Positions 36,998-46,664 of a stretch of DNA of 64,000 bases are shown here, piece after piece. The number at the start of each line of letters is the position of its first letter. Position 1 is the stretch's first letter. The position numbers were made by a program, and so were the translations under genes. A model generated the notes under the pieces. That model saw nothing but the letters and a program-made list of their open reading frames with translations. It was not told where the DNA came from and made no database searches. The stretch is from an uncultured Verrucomicrobiae bacterium. Its GTDB lineage: Bacteria; Verrucomicrobiota; Verrucomicrobiia; Limisphaerales; Palsa-1400. Where the stretch lies: positions 2,336,001 to 2,400,000 of the forward strand of contig OY969763.1 in the NCBI GenBank assembly GCA_963702845.1, written 5' to 3'.

Positions 36998-39223
36998 CTA
37001 CTGCTTCAATGCGTTTAACTGCGCTTGCAATTGAGGATCGTTGGGGCGCAGTCGCAGAGCTTCGCGATATTCTGCTTCCGCTTCCGAGCGTTTGCCGGCA
37101 CGTGCCAAAGCCGTGGCGTAGTTCGCGTGAGTTCCGGAATCACCTCCGTGCAACTGCACTGACCGGGCGTAATGCTCGAGCGCCTCTGGCATTTTCCCAA
37201 GCTCCATATAAACATTCGCGAGATTGTTTTCCGTTTGTCCATCACTGGGGTTGAGCTTCAGAGCCGATTGATATTCAGCAACCGCCTCGTCTTTTCGGTG
37301 CAGCGCCGCGTAAACATTACCCAGACTACCGTGGCCGCTCTCATCATTTGGATGCTCGCTCACAAACGCCTGAAAATGCGGCAACGCATCCTCAAAACGT
37401 CCCGCCATCGCCAGCATCATTCCGCATTCGTAGTGCGCCAAAGCCAGATTCGATCGCAAGCTCAGCGCCGTTTCGAACTCCTTCTTCGCATGTTCCACGT
37501 CCTCCAAAGCATGATATGCGCTACCAGCGTTGTAGTGCGACTCCGCTGAATTTGGATTGATTTGCAACGCAATCAACGCCTGTTCCAGAGCCTCTTTCGG
37601 ACGGTTCGCTTTTAGCAAAGCGTTCGCGAGATTATTCCGGCAATCAGCGAATCCACTCCGAATTTGAATGGCCGCTTCATATTCCTTGATGCCTTCGTCC
37701 AAACGACCTTTATCAACCAATGCGATACCGTAGTTGAAATGGAAATTAGCCATTTGCGGCTGAATCTTAACAGCCTGTTGAAGATGATCGAGAGCTTCGT
37801 CCAATACTCTTTCGGCGCCCTGCTTGTTCGAACTTTTCCATTCCTCGTATTTCGCCACAAGAGCGTTTCCCAAATTGCTATGCGCATCGCCAAAATCAGA
37901 TTTGATGGCGACAGCTTGTTTATAAATCTTAATGGACTCGTCCGTCTTCTGCTTCGCACCAATTGCATTACCCAAATTGTTGTAAGCCATCCACGCGTTT
38001 GGATTGCGGGCGATCGTATCCGTCCAAAGCGTTTCCTCATTCTGATAAACCGACGCCCGAATCCAGGTCGACAACGACAAAAATGAGAGCACAGCAATGG
38101 CCATCCCCACCGAAACCGATGCTGGCCACTTCGCTTTCTGAACGAAGTAAGCGACGCTGCAAACCGCAAACGGAATACTCACAAGCAGTGCCAGATACTG
38201 CCAATGATCCGCCACCCGAGAGAACACCAGGAAATACATATTGAAGAAGCCCATCACCGGAAACAGTGTGACCATAAACGCCAACAGCGCAAAAACTACA
38301 TGCCGCCCCCATGTTCTCCGGAACCGCCATCCGACACCGAGCACCGCAACAATTACGAGCGCCGGGATGTATTCAACAACCGAGCGCCAGTCGATCGCCC
38401 ACTGCGGATAAATCACCATGATATTCCACGGTACCCACGCCTTCCACAGATAGAACCAAACCGCTCGCGTCGCTGCGGCGAACTGCCCTGCCCTATTCAA
38501 ATCTTGAATCATCTCTCCACCGATCGCGCGGTGATTCTGAAACCAAATCGCCGCCAACGCCTCCCCGAAGGCCAACACGAAAAAGGGCGCCAACCGAAAA
38601 AAGTCTGCGCGGGTTAACGTTCGATTCTTCCACCAAACCAGCAACAACAACACCGCCGGCAACACCACGACCGAACCCTTCGTTAACAGCGTAAAAACAA
38701 ACACAACGAGCGCCACCGCGTAATTTCGCGAACTCGGTTTTTCTTCGAAGCGCAAATAAAAGAGCAGCGTCCAAAGATAAAAAATAAGCGAAACCGTGTT
38801 CTTCTGTTCCGACACCCAGGCCGCCGACGCCGCGCAAACCGGATGCAGCGCAAAGACCGCCGCTGCAAGCCATGCGCCCGGCAATCGCAATCGCAGCAGA
38901 ACACGCCAAAGCAAAACCGCCCCGAGCGCATGCAACAACACATTGACGATATGAAACCCAACTGGATTATTCCCCCACAACTGCCACTGCAACCAAATGG
39001 CGCTCAAGGTTACGGGAATATGGTCCGCTGGCTTGTTGGTAAACCAAATGTCGTACAAGCCCGACGCCGTGCGCAGCATTTTATTATCCGTCACCATGAA
39101 GCTATCGTCCCAAATAAAAGTCGCATGCAACACCGGCAGGTAACAGACACAAGTCACCGCCACCAGCAGAAGTCCCCAAAACCATTGTTTTTGTGCAGGC
39201 CGCAAGCCATCCAGCATTCGCAA
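36998..39223 (-). CDS. TMTC-like membrane glycosyltransferase domain plus TPR repeats
   Basis: FIWDD, FHIVNVLLH, FALHPV, ADHWQY, ETLWTD, then many NNLGNA-type TPRs. Confidence 0.88.
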   Translation of the reverse strand: MRMLDGLRPAQKQWFWGLLLVAVTCVCYLPVLHATFIWDDSFMVTDNKMLRTASGLYDIWFTNKPADHIPVTLSAIWLQWQLWGNNPVGFHIVNVLLHALGAVLLWRVLLRLRLPGAWLAAAVFALHPVCAASAAWVSEQKNTVSLIFYLWTLLFYLRFEEKPSSRNYAVALVVFVFTLLTKGSVVVLPAVLLLLVWWKNRTLTRADFFRLAPFFVLAFGEALAAIWFQNHRAIGGEMIQDLNRAGQFAAATRAVWFYLWKAWVPWNIMVIYPQWAIDWRSVVEYIPALVIVAVLGVGWRFRRTWGRHVVFALLAFMVTLFPVMGFFNMYFLVFSRVADHWQYLALLVSIPFAVCSVAYFVQKAKWPASVSVGMAIAVLSFLSLSTWIRASVYQNEETLWTDTIARNPNAWMAYNNLGNAIGAKQKTDESIKIYKQAVAIKSDFGDAHSNLGNALVAKYEEWKSSNKQGAERVLDEALDHLQQAVKIQPQMANFHFNYGIALVDKGRLDEGIKEYEAAIQIRSGFADCRNNLANALLKANRPKEALEQALIALQINPNSAESHYNAGSAYHALEDVEHAKKEFETALSLRSNLALAHYECGMMLAMAGRFEDALPHFQAFVSEHPNDESGHGSLGNVYAALHRKDEAVAEYQSALKLNPSDGQTENNLANVYMELGKMPEALEHYARSVQLHGGDSGTHANYATALARAGKRSEAEAEYREALRLRPNDPQLQAQLNALKQ

Positions 39224-39344
39224 AGAATATCAGAGCCGCGCGCGTCAGCAAGCGGCTTACCACAGCCTGCTTGATACTCTGACAAAATCGCGCACACTAA
39301 GAGATTCGATAGACGAAACAATTTTTAGAATTACGTAAATATAT

Positions 39345-42300
39345 ATGGCAACAGCCCCTTCATCCGATCGCCCCACCAAACGCCGTGGAATACTTTTCAA
39401 ACTTTCGATGGTCCTGCTCGTCCTCGTGGTCCTGGTGATCGCGGCATTCTTCGTCGTCACCAGCAGCGCCTTCTTCAAAGGCGTCATCCTGCCGAAAGTC
39501 GGTGCGAGCATGAATTCGGACATCACCGTCAGCAGCGCCTCCATTGGCCTCTCGGAGGTGGTGCTCAACGATTTAAAACTCGTGCCGCACGGACACGATC
39601 AACTGCTCCAGGCACAACTCGTGCGCACCCGCTTTTCGCTGAGCGACATCATTGGAGGCAACATCGTCGTTCACGAACTGACGCTGCAATCGCCAGTTAT
39701 CAACATCGTCAAGGACGCCGATGGCACCAGCAATCTCGACCCGCTGACGCAACAAACGAAAACGACCACGGAAGAAAAGAAACCGTCCACCACAACTGAG
39801 ACCAAGGCGAAAAAAGAACAGAAGATCGACATCACCAACGTCTCCATCAAAAACGCGCAGGTCACGATGACCGAGAAACTCAAAGGCGGCGCGCAAAAGG
39901 TCACGCAAATTTCGAACTTCGATTTCGCCGTTGATAAACTCCAAAATGGCGCGCCCGGCAAACTCCAAATCAGTGGCGACGCAAAAGTCGATCAGCCTGG
40001 TGTTGCAGACAGCGAAGCCGGAGCGTTGGCAGCCAAACTCGCGGTCAATTTCAATTACAAACTCGCTAACGATCTCTCACCCCAATCCGCCGACGGCACC
40101 GCACAAGTCCAAATCACCAGCGCCACCGGTTCCATGGCCGAACTCTCAACCGCCGCCATCAACTTGAACTGCAATCTGACACCCACCGAGATCCAGAATT
40201 TTGCTTTGCAATTTCAACGTGGTGGAAACGCCCTGGGCGAATTGCGCGTTAATGGTCCATTCTCCGTTGAAAAAAAAGAAGGTCGCTTCAATGTGAGCCT
40301 GCTTGGACTCGATCGTCAGGTCTTGAATTTCGTCGGTGCAACGCACGGTATCGATTTCAATCAGACGAAAATCAGTTCGACAAACCAGGTTGAACTTCAA
40401 CAGGGCGGCAATACCATCGCTGTCAGCGGCAATTTTGATGCCTCGCAATTCAGCATCACCAAAAAAGCTGATAATCAAACGACTCCTCCGCTCGACCTGC
40501 ACATCGCTTATCAGGTCACCGTCGATCAAAACAAACAATCGGCGTTACTTCAAAAGCTGGAAATCAATGGTGTTCAAAACCAAAACGAATTTCTGACCGG
40601 CACATTATCTAAACCAATGCCGGTGAGCTGGGGCCAGGGCGCAGGCGTTCCTGAAGAAGCAGCGTTCAACTTGAAGGTCAACAACCTCAACCTCGCCGAT
40701 TGGAAAAGTCTCGCAGGCGACCTCGCGCCTTCCGGTGCCGCAACGCTCAGCTTGAACCTCGTTTCGCGCAATGCTGGCAAACAACTCACACTCGATCTCA
40801 GTTCGCACCTCGCAAACTTCGCCGCCAAATTCGGCAGCAACCAAATCGCCAACGCCGACATTCAACTCACCGCCAAAGGCCAGGTCGATGACTTCAAGAA
40901 GGTCAACTTGAGCGAATACCAACTGCAGCTCGCGCAAAACGGCCAGGCAGCGGCAACGATTGCCGGCTCAGGCACAGTTGACACTGCAACAAAGGCCGCC
41001 GACCTCAAAACGACTGTTCAAGCGAACTTGCCACAACTGCTCCACATCGCCTCCATTCCCGATCTTTCTGTGAGCTCCGGTGACGTAAAGTTCGACGGGC
41101 GTATCATTCAAACCGGCAACACACAATCGCTCGATATACAACTCGCTACGGTTAACCTCAGCGCCAAATCCGGCAGCAATCAAATTTCAAACGCCGACAT
41201 CCAACTCACAGCAAAAGGCCAGGTCACTGACTCCAAAAAGATCAATCTGAGCGAATACAAACTTCAGCTCGCGCGACAAGGACAACCCGCGGTCACCATC
41301 GCCGGCTCTGGCTCCGTTGATACGTCAACAAAATCCACCGATGTAAAAACAACACTGCAAGCCAGCCTGCCCCAGTTGCTACACATCGTCTCGGTTCCAA
41401 ATCTCGCCATCAGTTCTGGCGACGTGAACTTCGACGGCCACATCATCCAAAACGGAAACGCACAAACCCTCAACGGCAAATTCGGCCTGATCAATCTGTC
41501 CGGGAACTATGACAAAACGAAACTCGATCGCCTCGCCGTACAAATGAACGCTGACATCGCGATGACTGGTGCTGACGTGAATATCAAAAAACTGAACGGC
41601 AACCTCACTCAAGCCGATCAGCCAGCCGGCAACTTTGACGTCAGCGGCACCTTGAACCTCAGTAATAAAGTCGGCCAAATTACCGCTAAGCTCGCCGGCT
41701 TCAACGAACGTGCCCTCGGCCCATTCCTCGCCCCTTCACTCAACGGCAAACAACTCGTCAGCGTTCAAATCGACGGCAGCGCCGCGGCAAACCTGCAAAG
41801 CGCTAATTCCGGTTCAGTCAACGCTGACCTCACCGTGACAAACCTCCTCGTGCGCGACCCCGCCCACCCCAGCACCAACGCACCGCTGAACGCGCATTTT
41901 GCTGTCGACGGCTCAATGCAAGCCAACGTCTTCAATCTCAAACAAGCCCGGATCGCGCTCTCTCCAACTCAACGCGCCAAGAATGAAGTGGAACTATCCG
42001 GACAGGTTGACATCTCCAAAAGCAACAGCCTCATGGCCAATCTCACCGTAAAGTCAGACGCTCTGGACGTGACCGAATTCTACGATCTCGCCTCCAAGCC
42101 GACGACATCGACATCGGCCGAACACCCCAACGCGGCGCCTGCTCAACAAGCGGCCAGCGCTGCTCCATCAACAACCAATCCAAACGCCGAACCCGAGCCG
42201 GTCCACCTTCCAATCGGCCTGGCGACGGTCGACGTGAACATCGCCCATTGCTATGTGCATGACCTCGACGTAGCGGTCAAAGGAAACCTAAAGATCAGCG

Positions 42301-43175
42301 ACGGCAGCCATGTCGTTCTCAACCCATTCCAGGTGCTAATCAACAACGCGCCAATCAAAGCAAACGTCGACCTCAACCTCGGCGTCCCCGGCTTTGCTTA
42401 TAATCTAACCCTGAACATGGATCGCGTCTCAGTCGGCGCGCTGGCGGACACGTTCATGCCTGCCAGCAAAGGCGCATATCGCGGTGATCTCATCGCGAAT
42501 GCAAACTTCAAAGGACAAGGCACCACCGGCAAAAGCCTGCATGACAATCTGACCGGCCAAGCCAACCTGGTGTTGACGAACGCAAATGTACAGCTGAGTC
42601 TCAGTCGCTTTTGGGGAACAACGTTGAAACTAGTCGCGACCTTGCTTCAAACCCCGGAAATCACTCAATCGCCATTAACTCTGGTGAACGCGAACATCGC
42701 TGCCGGAAATGGACAAGTGAAAATCAACAACACATTCGCCCAAGGCCCTGCGTATCAGGCGACGGTTCAAGGAACCATTCAAATTGCCAATGTGTTGACG
42801 AATTCCCCGGTGAACTTGTCGGTCGATATGAGTCTGGCGAAAAATCTCGCGCAGCGTTCTCATCTCGGTTCTGCGAACTCCGGCAACGGTGCCTATGTTC
42901 CCTTACCGCAGTTTCTGACAATCGAGGGCACCGTTGGACAGCCGAAGGAAAAGATCAACAAACTAGCCCTCGCAGCAACGACTATCGGCGCTGTCACTGG
43001 ATTTATCGGCGGCAAGAACGCCGCTACCCTCCAAGGCGCACTAGATTCATTAACTGGCAACAAACAACAGCAACCCCAAGGCACAACCACCAACGCGCCA
43101 CCAGCCACAAATGCAAACAAACCTACAGTGAACGATTTGATCAAGGGCTTCGGCGGCTTCCTAAAGAAGAAATAA
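39345..43175 (+). CDS. AsmA-like (repeating beta-groove) protein
   Basis: N-terminal TM, P.INIVKDADGTSNL motif, long beta-rich body, IEGTVGQP near the C-terminus. Confidence 0.85.
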   Translation: MATAPSSDRPTKRRGILFKLSMVLLVLVVLVIAAFFVVTSSAFFKGVILPKVGASMNSDITVSSASIGLSEVVLNDLKLVPHGHDQLLQAQLVRTRFSLSDIIGGNIVVHELTLQSPVINIVKDADGTSNLDPLTQQTKTTTEEKKPSTTTETKAKKEQKIDITNVSIKNAQVTMTEKLKGGAQKVTQISNFDFAVDKLQNGAPGKLQISGDAKVDQPGVADSEAGALAAKLAVNFNYKLANDLSPQSADGTAQVQITSATGSMAELSTAAINLNCNLTPTEIQNFALQFQRGGNALGELRVNGPFSVEKKEGRFNVSLLGLDRQVLNFVGATHGIDFNQTKISSTNQVELQQGGNTIAVSGNFDASQFSITKKADNQTTPPLDLHIAYQVTVDQNKQSALLQKLEINGVQNQNEFLTGTLSKPMPVSWGQGAGVPEEAAFNLKVNNLNLADWKSLAGDLAPSGAATLSLNLVSRNAGKQLTLDLSSHLANFAAKFGSNQIANADIQLTAKGQVDDFKKVNLSEYQLQLAQNGQAAATIAGSGTVDTATKAADLKTTVQANLPQLLHIASIPDLSVSSGDVKFDGRIIQTGNTQSLDIQLATVNLSAKSGSNQISNADIQLTAKGQVTDSKKINLSEYKLQLARQGQPAVTIAGSGSVDTSTKSTDVKTTLQASLPQLLHIVSVPNLAISSGDVNFDGHIIQNGNAQTLNGKFGLINLSGNYDKTKLDRLAVQMNADIAMTGADVNIKKLNGNLTQADQPAGNFDVSGTLNLSNKVGQITAKLAGFNERALGPFLAPSLNGKQLVSVQIDGSAAANLQSANSGSVNADLTVTNLLVRDPAHPSTNAPLNAHFAVDGSMQANVFNLKQARIALSPTQRAKNEVELSGQVDISKSNSLMANLTVKSDALDVTEFYDLASKPTTSTSAEHPNAAPAQQAASAAPSTTNPNAEPEPVHLPIGLATVDVNIAHCYVHDLDVAVKGNLKISDGSHVVLNPFQVLINNAPIKANVDLNLGVPGFAYNLTLNMDRVSVGALADTFMPASKGAYRGDLIANANFKGQGTTGKSLHDNLTGQANLVLTNANVQLSLSRFWGTTLKLVATLLQTPEITQSPLTLVNANIAAGNGQVKINNTFAQGPAYQATVQGTIQIANVLTNSPVNLSVDMSLAKNLAQRSHLGSANSGNGAYVPLPQFLTIEGTVGQPKEKINKLALAATTIGAVTGFIGGKNAATLQGALDSLTGNKQQQPQGTTTNAPPATNANKPTVNDLIKGFGGFLKKK

Positions 43176-43249
43176 AAGCAGCACAGGACTGTCGTATTTG
43201 GTGCTTGGAGGTTGGAGCTTCTCTGGAGCTTGAATCTCGACGCTTTTAA

Positions 43250-43930
43250 TTAGCTCCTCAACACCTCAGTCACACTAATCGCCGCCAAATCCTCCGCCGC
43301 CCAATCCGCCTCGTGCTCACGCAACTGCGCAACGCTGAACGATCCCGTAGCAACGGCCAAAACCTTAGCCCCAATCGACCGCGCGCAGCGAATATCCAAC
43401 GGCGTATCCCCAATCACCAGCACCTCATCGTTGCGCACTGGTTTCCTAAAATGTTTTTCCCCACGCTCCCGCGCAGCTGCCGCGATACCATTACGATCCT
43501 CATGATCATCCGCGAACCCGCCGAATGCGAACCGCTCCCATATTCCGAATTTGTTCAGCTTAATCTGAGCGCCTCGTTTAATATTGCCTGTTAACAATCC
43601 AACCGCCGGCTTCTCCTCCAGCAGCTGCATTTGCGCGAAAAAATTGTCCACACCGTGAAAGACGCCGCCATCGCAATCGGCGACCATCTTTTCCAGCCAA
43701 TGAAGATACACCTCGAAATAACGTGAAAAATGTTCCGGCGTCGGATCAATCTTGTGGAGATTGAAAAACTCACGCACCAGCGACACATCCGTGCGCCCGG
43801 CAAACTTCAAGTTTTCCGAACCGTCATGCAGTCCAAACTCTTCGGAAAACGCGCGCGCAAACGCCTTCACCCCTGCCCCACCGGTGTGAATGAGCGTGCC
43901 ATCGATATCAAAAAGAACTACTCGAATCAT
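43250..43930 (-). CDS. HAD-family hydrolase
   Basis: FDIDGTL, LLTGN, IGDTPLD. Confidence 0.92.
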   Translation of the reverse strand: MIRVVLFDIDGTLIHTGGAGVKAFARAFSEEFGLHDGSENLKFAGRTDVSLVREFFNLHKIDPTPEHFSRYFEVYLHWLEKMVADCDGGVFHGVDNFFAQMQLLEEKPAVGLLTGNIKRGAQIKLNKFGIWERFAFGGFADDHEDRNGIAAAARERGEKHFRKPVRNDEVLVIGDTPLDIRCARSIGAKVLAVATGSFSVAQLREHEADWAAEDLAAISVTEVLRS

Positions 43931-43964
43931 TAGTCAGGAAGAATTAATAAGTAAGCTGTAAGAA

Positions 43965-44765
43965 GTGCAACGCCAAACCAAAATCATTCGATGGCAAGAC
44001 GGCAAGGCTCCAACCGCCGAAACCGACGCCGTCGCCTGCGAAGAACCGTTGGAAATCCGCATCGATAACCAACCCGTCACCGTGACCATGCGCACACCAG
44101 GCCATGACGACGAACTCGCCGCCGGTTTTCTACTAACCGAAGGCATCCTCGCGAAACGCGAACACATTGCAAAAATCGAACCCTACCCGCGCAACCGCGA
44201 CAAAAACGTTCTCAACGTTTTTTTGGCTCCCGACGTCGAAGTCGATTTCAAACGCCTGACGCGCCATGTCTTTGTCTCCTCGAGTTGCGGATTATGCGGC
44301 AAGAGCAGCATTGAGGCAGTGCAACAACACTTCCCAAAAATCAAAAGCAAAACAAACGTCTCCGCCAAAATCCTTCAGGACCTTCCCGCAAAAATCCGCG
44401 CAAACCAGGTCACCTTCGACAAAACCGGCGGACTCCACGCCGCCGCGATTTTCGATAGCACTGGCAATCTCATCGTCATCCGCGAGGACGTCGGCCGCCA
44501 CAACGCCGTCGACAAAGTCCTCGGCCACGCCCTACTCAACAATCTCTATCCGCTCGACAAACATATCCTCCTCGTCAGCGGTCGCGCCTCCTTCGAAATC
44601 ATGCAAAAAGCATTAGCCGGACGCATCCCCATCATCGCGGCCGTCTCCGCTCCGTCCAGCCTCGCCGTCGATTTCGCGCAAGAGAGCGGCCAAACCTTAA
44701 TTGGCTTCCTACGCGAAGGACGCATGAACATATACTCCCACCCGAAGCGAATCGTTTCCCCGTAG
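43965..44765 (+). CDS. fdhD: Formate dehydrogenase accessory sulfurtransferase FdhD
   Basis: EEPLEI, MRTPG, SSCGLCGK, TGGLHAA, EDVGRHNAVDK, SAPSSLA. Confidence 0.95.
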   Translation: MQRQTKIIRWQDGKAPTAETDAVACEEPLEIRIDNQPVTVTMRTPGHDDELAAGFLLTEGILAKREHIAKIEPYPRNRDKNVLNVFLAPDVEVDFKRLTRHVFVSSSCGLCGKSSIEAVQQHFPKIKSKTNVSAKILQDLPAKIRANQVTFDKTGGLHAAAIFDSTGNLIVIREDVGRHNAVDKVLGHALLNNLYPLDKHILLVSGRASFEIMQKALAGRIPIIAAVSAPSSLAVDFAQESGQTLIGFLREGRMNIYSHPKRIVSP

Positions 44766-44789
44766 CAGCTTCAAATTTAACTTTCATTC

Positions 44790-44825
44790 CTTTGCGCCTT
44801 TGCCTCTTTGCGCCTTTGCGTTAAA
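44790..44825. repeat. 4 x 8-bp tandem repeat (CTTTGCGY)
   Basis: CTTTGCGC CTTTGCCT CTTTGCGC CTTTGCGT; related sequence in reverse at 53684-53718. Confidence 0.8.
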
Positions 44826-44837
44826 GTTTCCGTCCCG

Positions 44838-46187
44838 ATGCCACGCGTATTTATCAAAACCTACGGCTGCCAGATGAACGAGCGCGACTCCGAAGCCGTC
44901 GCCGCTCAGCTCGTCGCCAAAGGTTACGAAATCGTCGCCACCGAGGCGACCGCCGACGTCATTCTGCTCAACACCTGCAGCGTGCGCGATATGGCCGAGC
45001 AAAAAGCCATCAACAAAATGGAGAACCTCGCCGGTCAAACGCGCAAGAAACGCGACGTCGTGTTGGGCTTTATGGGTTGCATGGCGCAAAGCCGCGGGCA
45101 ACAACTCATCGATCAACTGCCCGACGTTGATCTCGTTCTCGGCACACAAAAATTTCATCGCGCCGCTGAATATCTCGACGAACTTCTCGCCGGCAAACGC
45201 GACAAGATCGTCGACACCGCCGAAGAAGCCGGCAGCGAAGGCACGATTAAAGAACATCTCCTCCTCGGCAGCTCCGAACGCAAATCGGTCAGCGCCTTCG
45301 TCAGCATCATGCAAGGCTGCAACCAATACTGCACCTTCTGCATCGTCCCCTACACCCGCGGCGAAGAACGTAGCCGCACCATTGCCGACATCGTCGCCGA
45401 GTGCCGCAAGCTCGTCGAAGGCGGCGTGCGGGAAATCACGCTACTCGGCCAAATCGTCACCAGCTTCGGCAAGCGCGAAATTGCCGCCGTCAGCGGCAAG
45501 TCAGCTTTCGTCCAACTCCTCGACGCCGTTCACGACATCGACGGCCTGGAACGCATCCGTTTCACAAGCCCACACCCGAAAGGCTACGGCGACGATCTGG
45601 TCGAAGCTTACGGTCGCCTCCCGAAACTTTGCCAGAGTGCTCACATTCCTCTGCAAAGCGGCAGCGACCGCGTGCTCAAGCTCATGCACCGCAGTTACAC
45701 CCGCGAACGTTTCGTCGGCATCATCGAGAAGCTGCGCAAAGTCAAACCCGACATCGGCCTCACCACCGACATCATCGTCGGCTTCCCCGGCGAAACCGAA
45801 GAAGACTTCGAACAAACGTTGGCACTCTGCCGCGAAGTCGAATTCGACAATTCCTATCTCTTCAAATACTCGCAACGCCGCGACACTCCCGCCGCCGCGA
45901 TGCCCGATCAACTAACCGAGGAATTGAAAGAAGAACGGCACGCGCGCATTTTGGAATTGATCAACGACATCGGTGCCCGGCGCTATCGCGGGCATGTCGG
46001 CCAACAAATGCAAATTCTGGCCGAAGGCCCCAGCCGCAACAACGCCGAGCGGATGATGGGCCGAACCCGTTGCAACAAAATCGTGATCTTCGAAGGAAGC
46101 CCCCGCCATCAGGCCCAATTGCTCGACGTAAAAATCACCCGCGCCAGCCTCTTCACCCTCTACGGCGATCCGGCGATTTTGGGGTGA
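44838..46187 (+). CDS. miaB: tRNA-2-methylthio-N6-dimethylallyladenosine synthase MiaB
   Basis: TYGCQMNERDSE, NTCSVR, radical-SAM CNQYCTFC, C-terminal TRAM domain. Confidence 0.95.
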   Translation: MPRVFIKTYGCQMNERDSEAVAAQLVAKGYEIVATEATADVILLNTCSVRDMAEQKAINKMENLAGQTRKKRDVVLGFMGCMAQSRGQQLIDQLPDVDLVLGTQKFHRAAEYLDELLAGKRDKIVDTAEEAGSEGTIKEHLLLGSSERKSVSAFVSIMQGCNQYCTFCIVPYTRGEERSRTIADIVAECRKLVEGGVREITLLGQIVTSFGKREIAAVSGKSAFVQLLDAVHDIDGLERIRFTSPHPKGYGDDLVEAYGRLPKLCQSAHIPLQSGSDRVLKLMHRSYTRERFVGIIEKLRKVKPDIGLTTDIIVGFPGETEEDFEQTLALCREVEFDNSYLFKYSQRRDTPAAAMPDQLTEELKEERHARILELINDIGARRYRGHVGQQMQILAEGPSRNNAERMMGRTRCNKIVIFEGSPRHQAQLLDVKITRASLFTLYGDPAILG

Positions 46188-46211
46188 GAAGGCATATCTG
46201 CTCTCCCAATT

Positions 46212-46520
46212 TCAGTCTGAAACCGCTGTCCGCTGCCCGCTTCGCCTCCACGATTCCCAAGCCAGAACGAGAAGATACTGAGCAATCCAGCCGAGCATTA
46301 AGGCAGGAACGGCGCTCCAAAACAAAGTCTCCACAAAGAAATTCCAGATGTCAGATGTGACTCTAAAGCTAGTCTGATGGAGGTAGTGAGTGAGATAACC
46401 CCAGTCTGATATCGTCCAGCCTTTGACATCGCGCGGTCTCACCCAACTATAGACAATCGGAGGCATACTAAGAACCATCCAAAGCCACCAATTAATTCTT
46501 AGTTTGCGACGAAGGTTCAT
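46212..46520 (-). CDS. Small hypothetical membrane protein
   Basis: Trp-rich with two hydrophobic segments; start uncertain. Confidence 0.5.
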   Translation of the reverse strand: MNLRRKLRINWWLWMVLSMPPIVYSWVRPRDVKGWTISDWGYLTHYLHQTSFRVTSDIWNFFVETLFWSAVPALMLGWIAQYLLVLAWESWRRSGQRTAVSD

Positions 46521-46664
46521 ATGAGTTGAAAGCTCCGGAGCTCTCACCATCAAGGCTCAAGCCCCGAAGCCACGTTAGCCTTACGGCGCGCAGTTGACGA
46601 CTATTTCCGTGGAGGTTTTCAGAGATAATAGACACGCATGGATCGTTTGGTTGAGCGTGTGCCC

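Noticed and set aside
43965..44765. Formate dehydrogenase locus
   Set aside because: Only fdhD is present; no catalytic or molybdenum-cofactor genes were seen nearby
45127..46360. Long alternative-frame ORFs over miaB (and similar ones over the kinase and PP2C genes)
   Set aside because: Shadow ORFs expected from high third-position GC in genuine genes
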